A stretch of DNA of 64,000 bases from a virus, in the IMG/VR virus record IMGVR_UViG_3300028571_000830, positions 32,001 to 96,000 of that record, one strand, 5' to 3'. This document shows, one piece after another, positions 18,402-28,409 of the stretch. Position 1 is the first letter of the stretch; every line of letters starts with the position of its first letter. The notes under the pieces were generated by a model. The model had not been told where the DNA came from, made no database searches, and was given only the letters and a program-made list of their open reading frames with translations. The position numbers and the translations under genes were made by a program.

Positions 18402-19883
18402 TTAATTGTATTTGGATAACCAACCACCATTTTTCTTCATAGGATACTCTGTAACAGACTTTCCTTTAAACTTGTATTCTTGACCAGGTTGCATCATTTG
18501 CGTGTCTCCTGTGTCACTTATACCCAGTACGTTGTAAGGAACTCCCTGCATAGTTATTTGGTTGGAGTTTATCTTAGTTATCTCTCCTGGGTATTTTAAT
18601 TGTCCTCTATCATCTTCAATAATTACTCCCTCTTCATATTTATTTAACCATCCTCCATCCTTAAATTTACTAGTTGCTACACTATCCACATAATTCCTAA
18701 ACGCTTTGTTTTCATCTGACATTAGAATTTCTTTTTCTTTAGCCACTTTATTTGGATAGTCAGGATCCCCATAATTATACCCCCTAATAAATGTTCCTTT
18801 TTTAGTCTTATCATTTATAGTTTTCATTTCTCCTTGAAATGGGTATTGTAATATAGAATCATAATATTTTTTAGCCTTATTATACACTCTTGCTGGTACT
18901 TCATTACCAATAGTCCCTAAGTCTTCCCTATTCAAACCCTGATTCATAAGCTCCCAATTTGAAAAGATAGAACTTGGCCTAGTTTCTTCTACTCTAGCCT
19001 TATTATGTATTCTTCTATCACTATAATAACCTATTCCAGTTTCTCTTTGAGCAATAGCTAAAGCTGTATAAGGGTCTATTTTACTCTTAACAGCAGCTTT
19101 GACTATATCATCTAATATAGCAGTATTCACTCTTTGATTATGTCTTGTGTTATATTTTGTATCTTTAATATTTATAAATTTTTTATTTGCAGAATATTTC
19201 ATCTTGGCATCCCTCTCTGCATCATTATATGTATTTTGAAGCTGATCAAATTCTTTACGAGAGTAGGGTAAATTGCTATTACCTGTCAACTTAATATTTA
19301 TATTTCTTTGATTTGTAATTGTATCTAAAGGATTAGCACTAGATAATTGCTGAAGATTAGTATTTACAACTGTGTTATCCTGTTTAGAATTAAAGTTTTC
19401 TTTTAATAAACTAGGTAAACTGAATTTTTTATATTCTCCTTTTACAGTTTTAGCTGTTTGAGCTTTACTTAATTTTCCACCATCCCTACTAATGTTCTTT
19501 GGTTTCCAATCTAGTCCCTCTTGGTAGAACTTCATCTCTTGTCCATTCTGTGCAGAAGCTTTTGTCTTCTTAGCATAAGGACCATTACTAGGAGCAGGAT
19601 CTTGTGTACGTGCGTATGTGAATCCTACAGAACCAGGAAGACTTCCTCCCATTGCCATTGTTCCCCCCCATGCACCATTGTAATTGAAACCTTTGTCTGT
19701 TAATCCAGCCATAGTTCCTTCTATACCATTCTGTGCTTCAGGAGCATCAAACTTATCTAACCATCCACCATCTTTCATAGAATTATCTTTACCACATTGA
19801 TGGCAAATATACATATCCTTCTTACTGGAATCTGATTTATTCCATGACCAGCCACATGTACATTTAACTTTACTGCTCATCAT
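18402..19883 (-). CDS. Virion protein with N-terminal Zn ribbon and lysozyme/transglycosylase-like segment
   Basis: CTC...CHQC; DPYTALAIAQRETG resembles the SLT catalytic-Glu motif; GGWLxK repeated three times. Confidence 0.5.
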   Translation of the reverse strand: MMSSKVKCTCGWSWNKSDSSKKDMYICHQCGKDNSMKDGGWLDKFDAPEAQNGIEGTMAGLTDKGFNYNGAWGGTMAMGGSLPGSVGFTYARTQDPAPSNGPYAKKTKASAQNGQEMKFYQEGLDWKPKNISRDGGKLSKAQTAKTVKGEYKKFSLPSLLKENFNSKQDNTVVNTNLQQLSSANPLDTITNQRNINIKLTGNSNLPYSRKEFDQLQNTYNDAERDAKMKYSANKKFINIKDTKYNTRHNQRVNTAILDDIVKAAVKSKIDPYTALAIAQRETGIGYYSDRRIHNKARVEETRPSSIFSNWELMNQGLNREDLGTIGNEVPARVYNKAKKYYDSILQYPFQGEMKTINDKTKKGTFIRGYNYGDPDYPNKVAKEKEILMSDENKAFRNYVDSVATSKFKDGGWLNKYEEGVIIEDDRGQLKYPGEITKINSNQITMQGVPYNVLGISDTGDTQMMQPGQEYKFKGKSVTEYPMKKNGGWLSKYN

Positions 19884-20746
19884 TTGAAAGAGATTTGAGA
19901 TGGAACAACTATGAATTGGCTCACTATATGTATCTCAGAATTGTTATCTAATATATGTCTTATCTTTAAATCTTTAGCCCTAAATGTATCTTTCTTGAAT
20001 GACATGGTTGTGTAATTCATATTGGCTTGATTTATAATTTTATCTATAGATAGAGATTCACAACTTCTTACAAACAAGGGAACACTCTTATCTTTAACCA
20101 AAGACCAAAATGTATTGTATTGATAGAAGTTATCACTCTTAGTATATGTAATAGTTTTACTATCTGTGTTATATATTGGATATTTTAAATATGCACTTAA
20201 GTTATTAATTGGTTTAGGTACAAGTTCTAATATTCCTGAAGATTGTTGATCGTTGTACACTAGAGCTTTATTAAACCAAAAGTTATATACAGCTATTTTA
20301 TCACATTCGTCAGAAACAAAATCAACATCACGAAGATATCTATACACTTTGGAATAATCTTTTACATTTTGTAATATCTCATCTTGATATTGATATGCAA
20401 AAGGGTATTCAATAATATAAGGTTCTATGTTATTATAGAAATAATTGTATACAACAGGATTTTTTAAATGTCTCCATATGCATGCATTACTACTAGGAAC
20501 AAATTTTGTACTAGCAATTTCACTCGGATAAACAGTACCAACAGGAAAGTTGCGTTTATTCTTACATTTTCCTAAAGATTCAATAGATATAATAGTTACA
20601 TCATTTTCCACTGAATATCCCATACCTGCTATTAATTCATTCTTACTAACAAGAGCATCTATAACATCTCCATTCTGAGCATTAGTCACTTTGAATGGAC
20701 CCGCTTTAATAGAAGAAGAAATAAGTTTTATAAATATAGTTTTCAT
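19880..20746 (-). CDS. C-terminal part of muzzle/tail stabilization protein with an added small beta-domain
   Basis: IWRH...YNYFY...PYIIEYPF...FNKALVYNDQQSSG resembles the muzzle C-terminus; TAATG overlap with the upstream gene. Confidence 0.55.
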   Translation of the reverse strand: MKTIFIKLISSSIKAGPFKVTNAQNGDVIDALVSKNELIAGMGYSVENDVTIISIESLGKCKNKRNFPVGTVYPSEIASTKFVPSSNACIWRHLKNPVVYNYFYNNIEPYIIEYPFAYQYQDEILQNVKDYSKVYRYLRDVDFVSDECDKIAVYNFWFNKALVYNDQQSSGILELVPKPINNLSAYLKYPIYNTDSKTITYTKSDNFYQYNTFWSLVKDKSVPLFVRSCESLSIDKIINQANMNYTTMSFKKDTFRAKDLKIRHILDNNSEIHIVSQFIVVPSQISFK

Positions 20747-23700
20747 TAATATGTCGTTACATTTATTGTATTTGTAGCTCTTGTATATACAAATGTGAGT
20801 ATTAAATTACCAACACTTGTTCCAACAGTGCCATTAGCTCCAGATATAACATTAGAACTCCATGGTGTAGGTGTAGGCCCTCCTGCTGGAGTAACCGATG
20901 GAATATAGCTTCCCAATGATCCTGTCATTGTCATTGTTTGATTTGGAAATTTTAATGAATATTCACCTGAAACAGCAGCAGAACTTGCAGCTCTACCTCT
21001 TACTTGTAGTGTAAAAGTAGGATAGGTCGTTTGGTTTGGGTATTCAAAATGCAATCTATTAATGTTCCATTCAAATCTTCTTGTTAAAGAAGGACTGGGA
21101 ACTATATTATCTGAAGATAAAAGATAAGCATTAGCAGCAGCATCTCCTGGTACATAAAAATTCAAAGCTCCCACAGCTGAAACAATATTACTTGATGGTG
21201 TCACTCCCAAAGTATCTATATAAGCACACACATCTAAAGAAGTATTATCATACATATCTACAACTAATATAGATATCTGTGTAGGGCTTTGTGTTGTAGT
21301 GGTGGTTGTAGTGGGTTCAATTGTTGTTGTAGTGGTGGTTGTAGTGGGTTCAATTGTTGTTGTAGTGGTGGTTGTGGTAGGTTCTAATGTTGTTGTAGTG
21401 GTGGTTGTGGTAGGTGCTACAGTTGTAGTGGTGGTTGTAGTTGGTGTAGGAACTTCTTCTGCTGTTCCACCTAAATCACAATATAACACTGTTGTAGTGG
21501 TAGTGGTGGTTGCAGGAAGTTCTGCTGTTCCTGCTAATTCACAATTATAAGCCACCACTGTTCCTGCTAAACGACAATCTATAGCAATGGTGGTAGTTGT
21601 AGTGGTGGTGGGTTGTGGAACCAATTCACCTACAATAGCATCAATTTCACTACAGCAATCATTAAGTCCTGAATAGAAGAAGTTATTTTCAGCTACATAC
21701 CAATTAGGTAAATAACTATGGAATGAAATCCAACTCTTTGTATTAAAGTTAAATGAAACTGACCAAGACTTATTACAGAAGTAATCAAGATCTGTAAGAT
21801 ACACTTGTGTTAATATCTCCACATCATTCACTATTTCTTTTACATAGTATTCTTTTGTAATTGAATCATATATAATGTTATTTGTTTTTGGAATATAGTC
21901 AAGCTTTGTAATGATTATTCTATCATACTTGCTATCAAATACACCATGTAATCCTACACCAGTGAAATGATTATCTGTATCCACTTCTGGAAAGTATTTT
22001 ATAATCTCAAAAGCTAAATGATCTGTAAACCATCTATTCATACCAGAACCAAAACCTGTTAAATCTGTAGCTTGGTTACCAGCAATTAAGAACACTTGTC
22101 CTCTCTTAGCATCTATTGTTATTTGTCCTTGTGGAATCTTTAACAACATCTTGTTTTGAGAACCTACATATCCAAGATCTGTTTCTGCAAAATCAATAGC
22201 AGGGGAAGATTCAAATAGTCTACTATTACCTACGTAAGCAGCTTGGGGATTACTTGTATTGATTGTTAATAAAGTGTTATATAATAAACTCTTATTATCA
22301 AATCTAGCAAGAACAGCTTTGTTCTCAATACCATCTAATGATGTAAGATTACCATAATTCTGAGGAAAATCAAAATAAGAAACAGCTCTATAAATTAACC
22401 AATTATTTACTATATTACCTACAGTGCTTATCTGAGGATCAGAATAAATTGCTCTAAATGGAAACACTGTTTTACATAAGTCAGGAGTCCAGTTAATAGG
22501 AAGATGACTAAAGAAGTTTTCTGTATTTTGTTTAGAGAATGTAGTGTTATAGTAATATGTATTATCTTGAGCAATTGTTACATTGCTTTCTTGTACCCAA
22601 TCATCAGGTATATCTGTGCTAACATGAGGCCAGAAATCTCCTTCTTTATTATTAAAGGCTTGACGTAAGTCTACATTATATCCTGATTCACAATAGAAAT
22701 AAGGAATACCATAAGCAAACAAATACATCTTACCATCATAGAAAGTTCTTCCTGGATTAGTTTCAGGAGTTTGACTGTTAGGACAATCTAGATTGTGAGC
22801 TTTAATTGATATAAAGTTTCTTAGATTTATACCATCTACAGAAACATCACTAAGAACAGATCTTGCTGAAAACCAATACTCAGGATATGCAACATTTCCT
22901 ATCTCATCATAATATATATCAGAATCATCAGGAGCTCCCACTCTATTATCTATAAAGAAAGGAAGTTTAGTTTTAAAAGCAAACTTACTAATAAATGTAT
23001 CACCACCAAACACTGTATCATACACTGGTGCAAGGATGGGTGTAATATCTCTTTGGAATCCAGTATCTATTGTATCATATGAATAGATTTGTCCCCATTG
23101 ATTTACAAATTGATTCTTTAATGAAGCGTAATAAGAAACAACAGAAGTGGAAGATATTTCTTCAGGTTTACTACAATCTTTTTCAGATAGAACAAATCTT
23201 GAATCATCTGTAACCATAGGTATTCCACTAGGAGCTATAGATGGTGTTTTATCTGGAAATGGTAATGGTGGTTTAGCATCATCAGTTTTTAAATAAACTG
23301 AAGATTCTCTTTGCCAGTTGTTTATATTTTTATCATCACCAACACTCTGTACACCAGGAATTAAATACTGAGCAATATCAAGAGTTCTTTGTTTAATACC
23401 TAATACACCATCTGCACTAGTAGCTGCATTATCAATATACCCACTATAGTCATAACTACCTATTGAGTTAAATGAATAAGCATAGTTACGTCTAGTTATA
23501 CCATTGATATAAATAGTTAGATATGATTGATATGCTGCAAATAAAACAGAAGCATCTAATGATCCTGTTATAGAAGCAATATCAGTGGAGCTCTTTAATG
23601 CATCTTCTTGAGCTTCTCTACTAATCATTTTATAAAGAGCATTCTTTCTCACTTGAACAAAATGAGCCCTACCAGCTCCAAACATTACATTTTCAAGTTT

Positions 23701-26202
23701 AAGAATATCTCCTAAGAATGGTTGACCAAAAGAAGTTTCTGGAGAGTTGAATACATGTCTATATTTAGAACCATCTGTATTAAATCCATCTAAGTTTTTA
23801 GGAACACAGATATCATAACCAACAGATCCCACTTCAACAATAGTATAATTCTTAGCTCCTCCTACTACCCATTCAGGAATAACTAAAGAATTAACTCTAG
23901 TGGCTCCTGTCACTCCTATTAAAGTTTTATTAGGAGGTTGTGTACAACAATCCACTGATGGGGCAGCATCTATACTGCAATAAGCACAAAGAGAAGGATA
24001 AGGTGCAGGACTTCCACAAGTAAAGCCAGGTTTTTCCCCTATAGTGGGAAAGTGTATATTAAAACTTGCAGAAAAAGAACCAACAGGAAGGATTTCATAT
24101 ATCTTATATGTATGACATTCAAAGCATCCCTTACCACTAATAATTTTTGGAGAAGGAAAATCAAGACAACAGAAGTTTAAAGTTTCTCCTACAGATGTAG
24201 CTTGTTTTGTAACGATTGTATTTGTATAACAATCTATATATTCAACTGTGAATATACCAGCACTGAGTTCTGTAACAGTTACACTAAAGTTTCTACATAT
24301 GGCATTACCACCATCTTTTGCATTTGCTGTATAGGCATTGTTTTGAGCTAGTAAGAATGGATCTATAGAAAGATCATTATAAGGATAGTTAGGATAGTAG
24401 TATTCTGTTCCTTCTCTATCATACTTACCAACATTTCTAAGAATACCTTTTGCAACAATAGATCTGTTTGTATTTCTATTACCTCTTACAATCTTAAAGC
24501 CTTCTATATTATCTTTTTCAGTTTGTGAAAGACCTGATTGACCAATCAATGCTGTTATTTGTGATAAGTCTACACTTACACCAATAGGATATATAGCATC
24601 CTTTTGTACAGTCATTGCTCCTGGAGAGGAGAATATAGCTGACTCATAAATAGGACTTATAAGAGCATCTGGAAACTTATGATGTCTAATTGGTTGGTTT
24701 GATAAGTCTCCCCAAACTAATTCATTACATGGATAGGTTTCTGTTGATTCCCAATAAGCAAATTCACCATATTGGTAATTACCTTTATAGCTAGTTGATG
24801 TGTTATACTCTGGAGAAAATCCTGTTACAGTGGCACTGTTATATATCTTCCACCAAGGACTAGTTCCTGTAAGAGGATCTGGTTCTCCTATAAAATCATT
24901 GTTGGTAGGAGATACAGGAGATAAGTCATTACCATTTGCACTTCTGCCTGGAATATGAAAACCATCAGTTTGTTTACCATTTTTTAATAAGAATACAATT
25001 TCAAATGCATACACCTCATCACGCATGTACCCACGAAGGTTAGTTGCGTTAAGTCCATCAGCATAAGTTTCTGTATTAGGAATTCTATATGATTGCCATT
25101 GAAGAGTTATTTGATTTGCTATTCTTTGGTAATTAACTTTATCTATAGATGTTAATTGATCCCACACAAGAATGTCTCTCACCGTTGTAACATCTTGAGC
25201 TATTTCATAATATGGAAACTTCTCAAAAATGTCTTGTAGCGTTAGTCTTATTTGTTCTTGATTTTGTCCAGTGTAAGTTATCACTGTTGAAACTTCATCA
25301 ATAAAATATGTACCAATTAATTCTACAGATGTAATAGCGTTAATAGTCTTTATAACAGCTAAGTTATAATATTGCCATTGTCCTGTTACATCTAGATTAG
25401 ATATAGTGAGGTCAATAGATCTACCCACTGGATAATTAAAATTAGGAGTGGTGAGTTGTGGATCAGAAATAGGTGTGGGATTGGTTACTGAATAATAAGA
25501 AGAATAACCAAATCCTATAGCATCTGAATATTGAATAGCAAATTGATATGTACCAGCAATTAAGTCTCCACCACTATTGATGTCAGTGATCTCTAACTGA
25601 GGAATAGAAAAATTAGGTTGAAGTAATAATTGATTACAGTCAAGTTCTTCAGTAAATTGTGGATCACATAAATCTGAAAAATAAGTTTGAATGTAAGGAA
25701 TATTATCTATATCTAGATATCTTCTAGGATTTAATCCATCAGTCCAATAAATTTCTGTAGTACAGTTTGTTATCTTGTGTACTGATTTATGAATAGGATT
25801 GTTAATATTAAAGTTTAAACATTTAGCATTAACAAGAGTGCGATATACACAATCATTGTTATCCATATATCCTATTTCAGAATCTTCTGTTTCAGGATTT
25901 ACAATAAAGAATATATGTTTATTTTTTTCAAATATAGAATGAGTACCAATCAGTTGATATCCTTCAGGAAAATTAAAGCAAAGCTCATTCCCTGGTTCAT
26001 TTTGATAATTAACAGAATTTGCATCAAAGTTTTCTACAGCAGCATTTAAAGCATACGTAAGACTGCCTTTGTTAATCTGATTAATAGATTGATCTAAATT
26101 TAATCCAACAGTGGCACTGTTATATTCTTGATTAACAGAACTACTATCAGGACTAACTAAATTCTTTATTTTGCTAACTATATTATTGTTATCTTCTGCC
26201 AT
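20746..26202 (-). CDS. Tail muzzle/stabilization protein with Cys-rich and poly-Thr insertions
   Basis: 1818 aa; YWTDGLNPRR, YMRDEVYAFEIVF, FGGDTFIS, SWISFHSYLP blocks typical of crAss muzzle proteins; adjacent to the tail tubular gene. Confidence 0.75.
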   Translation of the reverse strand: MAEDNNNIVSKIKNLVSPDSSSVNQEYNSATVGLNLDQSINQINKGSLTYALNAAVENFDANSVNYQNEPGNELCFNFPEGYQLIGTHSIFEKNKHIFFIVNPETEDSEIGYMDNNDCVYRTLVNAKCLNFNINNPIHKSVHKITNCTTEIYWTDGLNPRRYLDIDNIPYIQTYFSDLCDPQFTEELDCNQLLLQPNFSIPQLEITDINSGGDLIAGTYQFAIQYSDAIGFGYSSYYSVTNPTPISDPQLTTPNFNYPVGRSIDLTISNLDVTGQWQYYNLAVIKTINAITSVELIGTYFIDEVSTVITYTGQNQEQIRLTLQDIFEKFPYYEIAQDVTTVRDILVWDQLTSIDKVNYQRIANQITLQWQSYRIPNTETYADGLNATNLRGYMRDEVYAFEIVFLLKNGKQTDGFHIPGRSANGNDLSPVSPTNNDFIGEPDPLTGTSPWWKIYNSATVTGFSPEYNTSTSYKGNYQYGEFAYWESTETYPCNELVWGDLSNQPIRHHKFPDALISPIYESAIFSSPGAMTVQKDAIYPIGVSVDLSQITALIGQSGLSQTEKDNIEGFKIVRGNRNTNRSIVAKGILRNVGKYDREGTEYYYPNYPYNDLSIDPFLLAQNNAYTANAKDGGNAICRNFSVTVTELSAGIFTVEYIDCYTNTIVTKQATSVGETLNFCCLDFPSPKIISGKGCFECHTYKIYEILPVGSFSASFNIHFPTIGEKPGFTCGSPAPYPSLCAYCSIDAAPSVDCCTQPPNKTLIGVTGATRVNSLVIPEWVVGGAKNYTIVEVGSVGYDICVPKNLDGFNTDGSKYRHVFNSPETSFGQPFLGDILKLENVMFGAGRAHFVQVRKNALYKMISREAQEDALKSSTDIASITGSLDASVLFAAYQSYLTIYINGITRRNYAYSFNSIGSYDYSGYIDNAATSADGVLGIKQRTLDIAQYLIPGVQSVGDDKNINNWQRESSVYLKTDDAKPPLPFPDKTPSIAPSGIPMVTDDSRFVLSEKDCSKPEEISSTSVVSYYASLKNQFVNQWGQIYSYDTIDTGFQRDITPILAPVYDTVFGGDTFISKFAFKTKLPFFIDNRVGAPDDSDIYYDEIGNVAYPEYWFSARSVLSDVSVDGINLRNFISIKAHNLDCPNSQTPETNPGRTFYDGKMYLFAYGIPYFYCESGYNVDLRQAFNNKEGDFWPHVSTDIPDDWVQESNVTIAQDNTYYYNTTFSKQNTENFFSHLPINWTPDLCKTVFPFRAIYSDPQISTVGNIVNNWLIYRAVSYFDFPQNYGNLTSLDGIENKAVLARFDNKSLLYNTLLTINTSNPQAAYVGNSRLFESSPAIDFAETDLGYVGSQNKMLLKIPQGQITIDAKRGQVFLIAGNQATDLTGFGSGMNRWFTDHLAFEIIKYFPEVDTDNHFTGVGLHGVFDSKYDRIIITKLDYIPKTNNIIYDSITKEYYVKEIVNDVEILTQVYLTDLDYFCNKSWSVSFNFNTKSWISFHSYLPNWYVAENNFFYSGLNDCCSEIDAIVGELVPQPTTTTTTTIAIDCRLAGTVVAYNCELAGTAELPATTTTTTTVLYCDLGGTAEEVPTPTTTTTTTVAPTTTTTTTTLEPTTTTTTTTIEPTTTTTTTTIEPTTTTTTTQSPTQISILVVDMYDNTSLDVCAYIDTLGVTPSSNIVSAVGALNFYVPGDAAANAYLLSSDNIVPSPSLTRRFEWNINRLHFEYPNQTTYPTFTLQVRGRAASSAAVSGEYSLKFPNQTMTMTGSLGSYIPSVTPAGGPTPTPWSSNVISGANGTVGTSVGNLILTFVYTRATNTINVTTY
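21290..21620 (-). repeat. Poly-Thr coding repeats (33-bp unit encoding IEPTTTTTTTT and variants)
   Basis: ttcaattgttgttgtagtggtggttgt repeated at 33-nt spacing (21316, 21349) plus degenerate copies. Confidence 0.9.
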
Positions 26203-26210
26203 GGTTAATT

Positions 26211-27185
26211 TTAGTTATTTCTTCTTCCGAATCTATTAGTTCTATTAGGAAGTTCATACATATTAAACCTATTCAGATCATTTTTAATTCTTCTCTGTTT
26301 AGTCCAAGCATCTTGTTTCTTTATTTCAATATCAGCCATGATGAATGCCTCATCACAAAGTTGTTTATAATAAAGCATCTTTTGCTGTATCTGATTAAAT
26401 GTTTCATCATTGATTTGGTTAGATAAAGTTTCAAAAACTTTATACTTAATAAATGCCTCAACAAATTCTCTAATACGATAGTTATCAGGAATCATTTGAT
26501 TACCTCCACTATCATATTCTGTAGCATACATAATTAAATGTACAATACCATTTCTAAAATTAGTTACAAACTTATTATCTCTAACATCAAATGAATCATA
26601 ACTAGAAGATCCTGGAGTAAAGTTTCTATTATTAGTAGATGTATTTTCTGTAAGTGCCCAAGCATTTGTGTACTCTACACTACAGTTTTGTCTTGCAGAA
26701 ATATTACCTGGTTTTAATAAATATTGTCTTTGATAAGATCTTGGAGTAGAACTATTAGTCTTGTAAACAGCTTGAATAAGTTCAGGCATACAATTGCCAT
26801 CGCACTCAGGATTACGACATGATGGACTGTTACAAGGTGTACCTCCTATAGTTAAAGGAGCCACTTGAATAGTGGTGAGTGAAGCAGCTTGAGAATAAAA
26901 TGAACTAGCATCTTGATAAGGTCTCATAGAGATTTCAGCACACATCCAAGCTTCTCTAACAGCAAAAAAGTTATCTGGTAGTCTAGCTTCAAAATCTTCA
27001 ATTACTAAAGCTTGTTCACTTATAACATAAGTGGCTCTTCCTAGTTTTCTAAGACACTTATCAAGATAGGTGGGAAACATTAAGTCATCCACAGCACCTG
27101 TATCCATATATGACTTAAGTTCTTCTTTTACTATACTATATACAGGTTCAGGAGAAACAAAATTATATTTATAATAGTAACTCAT
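26211..27185 (-). CDS. Tail tubular/ring protein (head-tail connector)
   Basis: 324 aa; TNFRNGIVHLIMY...MIPD block; position immediately before the muzzle gene. Confidence 0.65.
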   Translation of the reverse strand: MSYYYKYNFVSPEPVYSIVKEELKSYMDTGAVDDLMFPTYLDKCLRKLGRATYVISEQALVIEDFEARLPDNFFAVREAWMCAEISMRPYQDASSFYSQAASLTTIQVAPLTIGGTPCNSPSCRNPECDGNCMPELIQAVYKTNSSTPRSYQRQYLLKPGNISARQNCSVEYTNAWALTENTSTNNRNFTPGSSSYDSFDVRDNKFVTNFRNGIVHLIMYATEYDSGGNQMIPDNYRIREFVEAFIKYKVFETLSNQINDETFNQIQQKMLYYKQLCDEAFIMADIEIKKQDAWTKQRRIKNDLNRFNMYELPNRTNRFGRRNN

Positions 27186-27194
27186 AATATTAAA

Positions 27195-27671
27195 TTATTT
27201 TTTCCACTCTTGATAGAGATATTGATATTTATCCTCAATTTTAAGGAAATGTGATAGTAGTCTTGATGTAGCTCTTGAAGGTTTAAAGTACCATAGTTCT
27301 AGATGTTTGAATCTAGCTGTATCTTTAAACCACATCCATCCAAAGAAGTAGCCTTCTGTATGGTAGTTGAAGTTATAAATTACTTTACCCTTCTCTTTAG
27401 TCTTTTGCCAATCTATAGGAAGATTGATAAACTCTTTACCGTTTATACCTTTAATTTTTTTTCTTTTCTTTTTGTTAATGGAGAATTCTCCAAATCCAAA
27501 AGGAAGTTTTGCTCTTTCACCAGTTTCTAGAATGTATTCTTTATAAGATTCATTAAATGCATATATTATAACTTTCCATTCATCAAATGATATCTTTATA
27601 GAACTATGTTTCTTACAAAAGTTGTTATAATTATCTTTGCTAGAACTTCTCCAATCAACTCTCGTTCTCAA
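27195..27671 (-). CDS. HU/IHF-like protein of the crAss tail module
   Basis: AKLPFGFGEFSINKKK, PIDWQKT, FNYHTEGY; basic. Confidence 0.65.
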   Translation of the reverse strand: MRTRVDWRSSSKDNYNNFCKKHSSIKISFDEWKVIIYAFNESYKEYILETGERAKLPFGFGEFSINKKKRKKIKGINGKEFINLPIDWQKTKEKGKVIYNFNYHTEGYFFGWMWFKDTARFKHLELWYFKPSRATSRLLSHFLKIEDKYQYLYQEWKK

Positions 27672-27677
27672 GTTATA

Positions 27678-28406
27678 TTATCTTGTTGGTGGTACATTGG
27701 CAGCCTGACCATCTAGATTATCTGATGTAATGTCAGTTTTTAATTGGAAGTAGGTGGACAAGAGCTTTTGTGATGTTAACTCTAACACTTGCTTCTCTAG
27801 ATATCCTGGAAGAGAAAATGGTTTATCCAATGGATTCATACACCAATCTTCATCAGATGGTCCACAACCCCCACATCCAGTTTCAGGATACATAAGTTCA
27901 TTAGGAACTTCTTGTTCAAAACAAGCAGCAAGTCTAATTGCTTGAAGCAATGGGTTATTTACATATAGATAATCATTTAATATCCAATAGTATTCTTCCT
28001 TCTTTATAATTGGAAGCTTTATCAGATTTGTATATCTGTTGATAGTTATCTCTTTTAGTTTAGTTCCTGTGCCTCCCATAGCATTAATAGAATAAACTCC
28101 TTGAATAAGATATTGATAATTTCCTTCAGATATACGAGGAATTTTGTATTTAGTTCTAGCAACGTTACAAGGATCTTGATAATCACAACATTCAGAAATA
28201 GGAACTTCAATCATTTCAAGACATGGGATAGTAGTGAATAGAGTACTAGTAGCCCAAAGTTTTCTAAGATTAGTCTCTCTCTTAATCAATAAGATACTAT
28301 TATTACGTATCTCAGAAGCAATAGCTCTATCTGTCAGTAAACTATCTGTTGATAGGATTTTATGCATAGAACGTACATCTGAAACTAACTTTCTTAATGT
28401 TGCCAT
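27678..28406 (-). CDS. Tail ring protein
   Basis: 242 aa; IPCLEMIEV, YLYV, terminal DITSD; gene order. Confidence 0.55.
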   Translation of the reverse strand: MATLRKLVSDVRSMHKILSTDSLLTDRAIASEIRNNSILLIKRETNLRKLWATSTLFTTIPCLEMIEVPISECCDYQDPCNVARTKYKIPRISEGNYQYLIQGVYSINAMGGTGTKLKEITINRYTNLIKLPIIKKEEYYWILNDYLYVNNPLLQAIRLAACFEQEVPNELMYPETGCGGCGPSDEDWCMNPLDKPFSLPGYLEKQVLELTSQKLLSTYFQLKTDITSDNLDGQAANVPPTR

Positions 28407-28409
28407 TAT

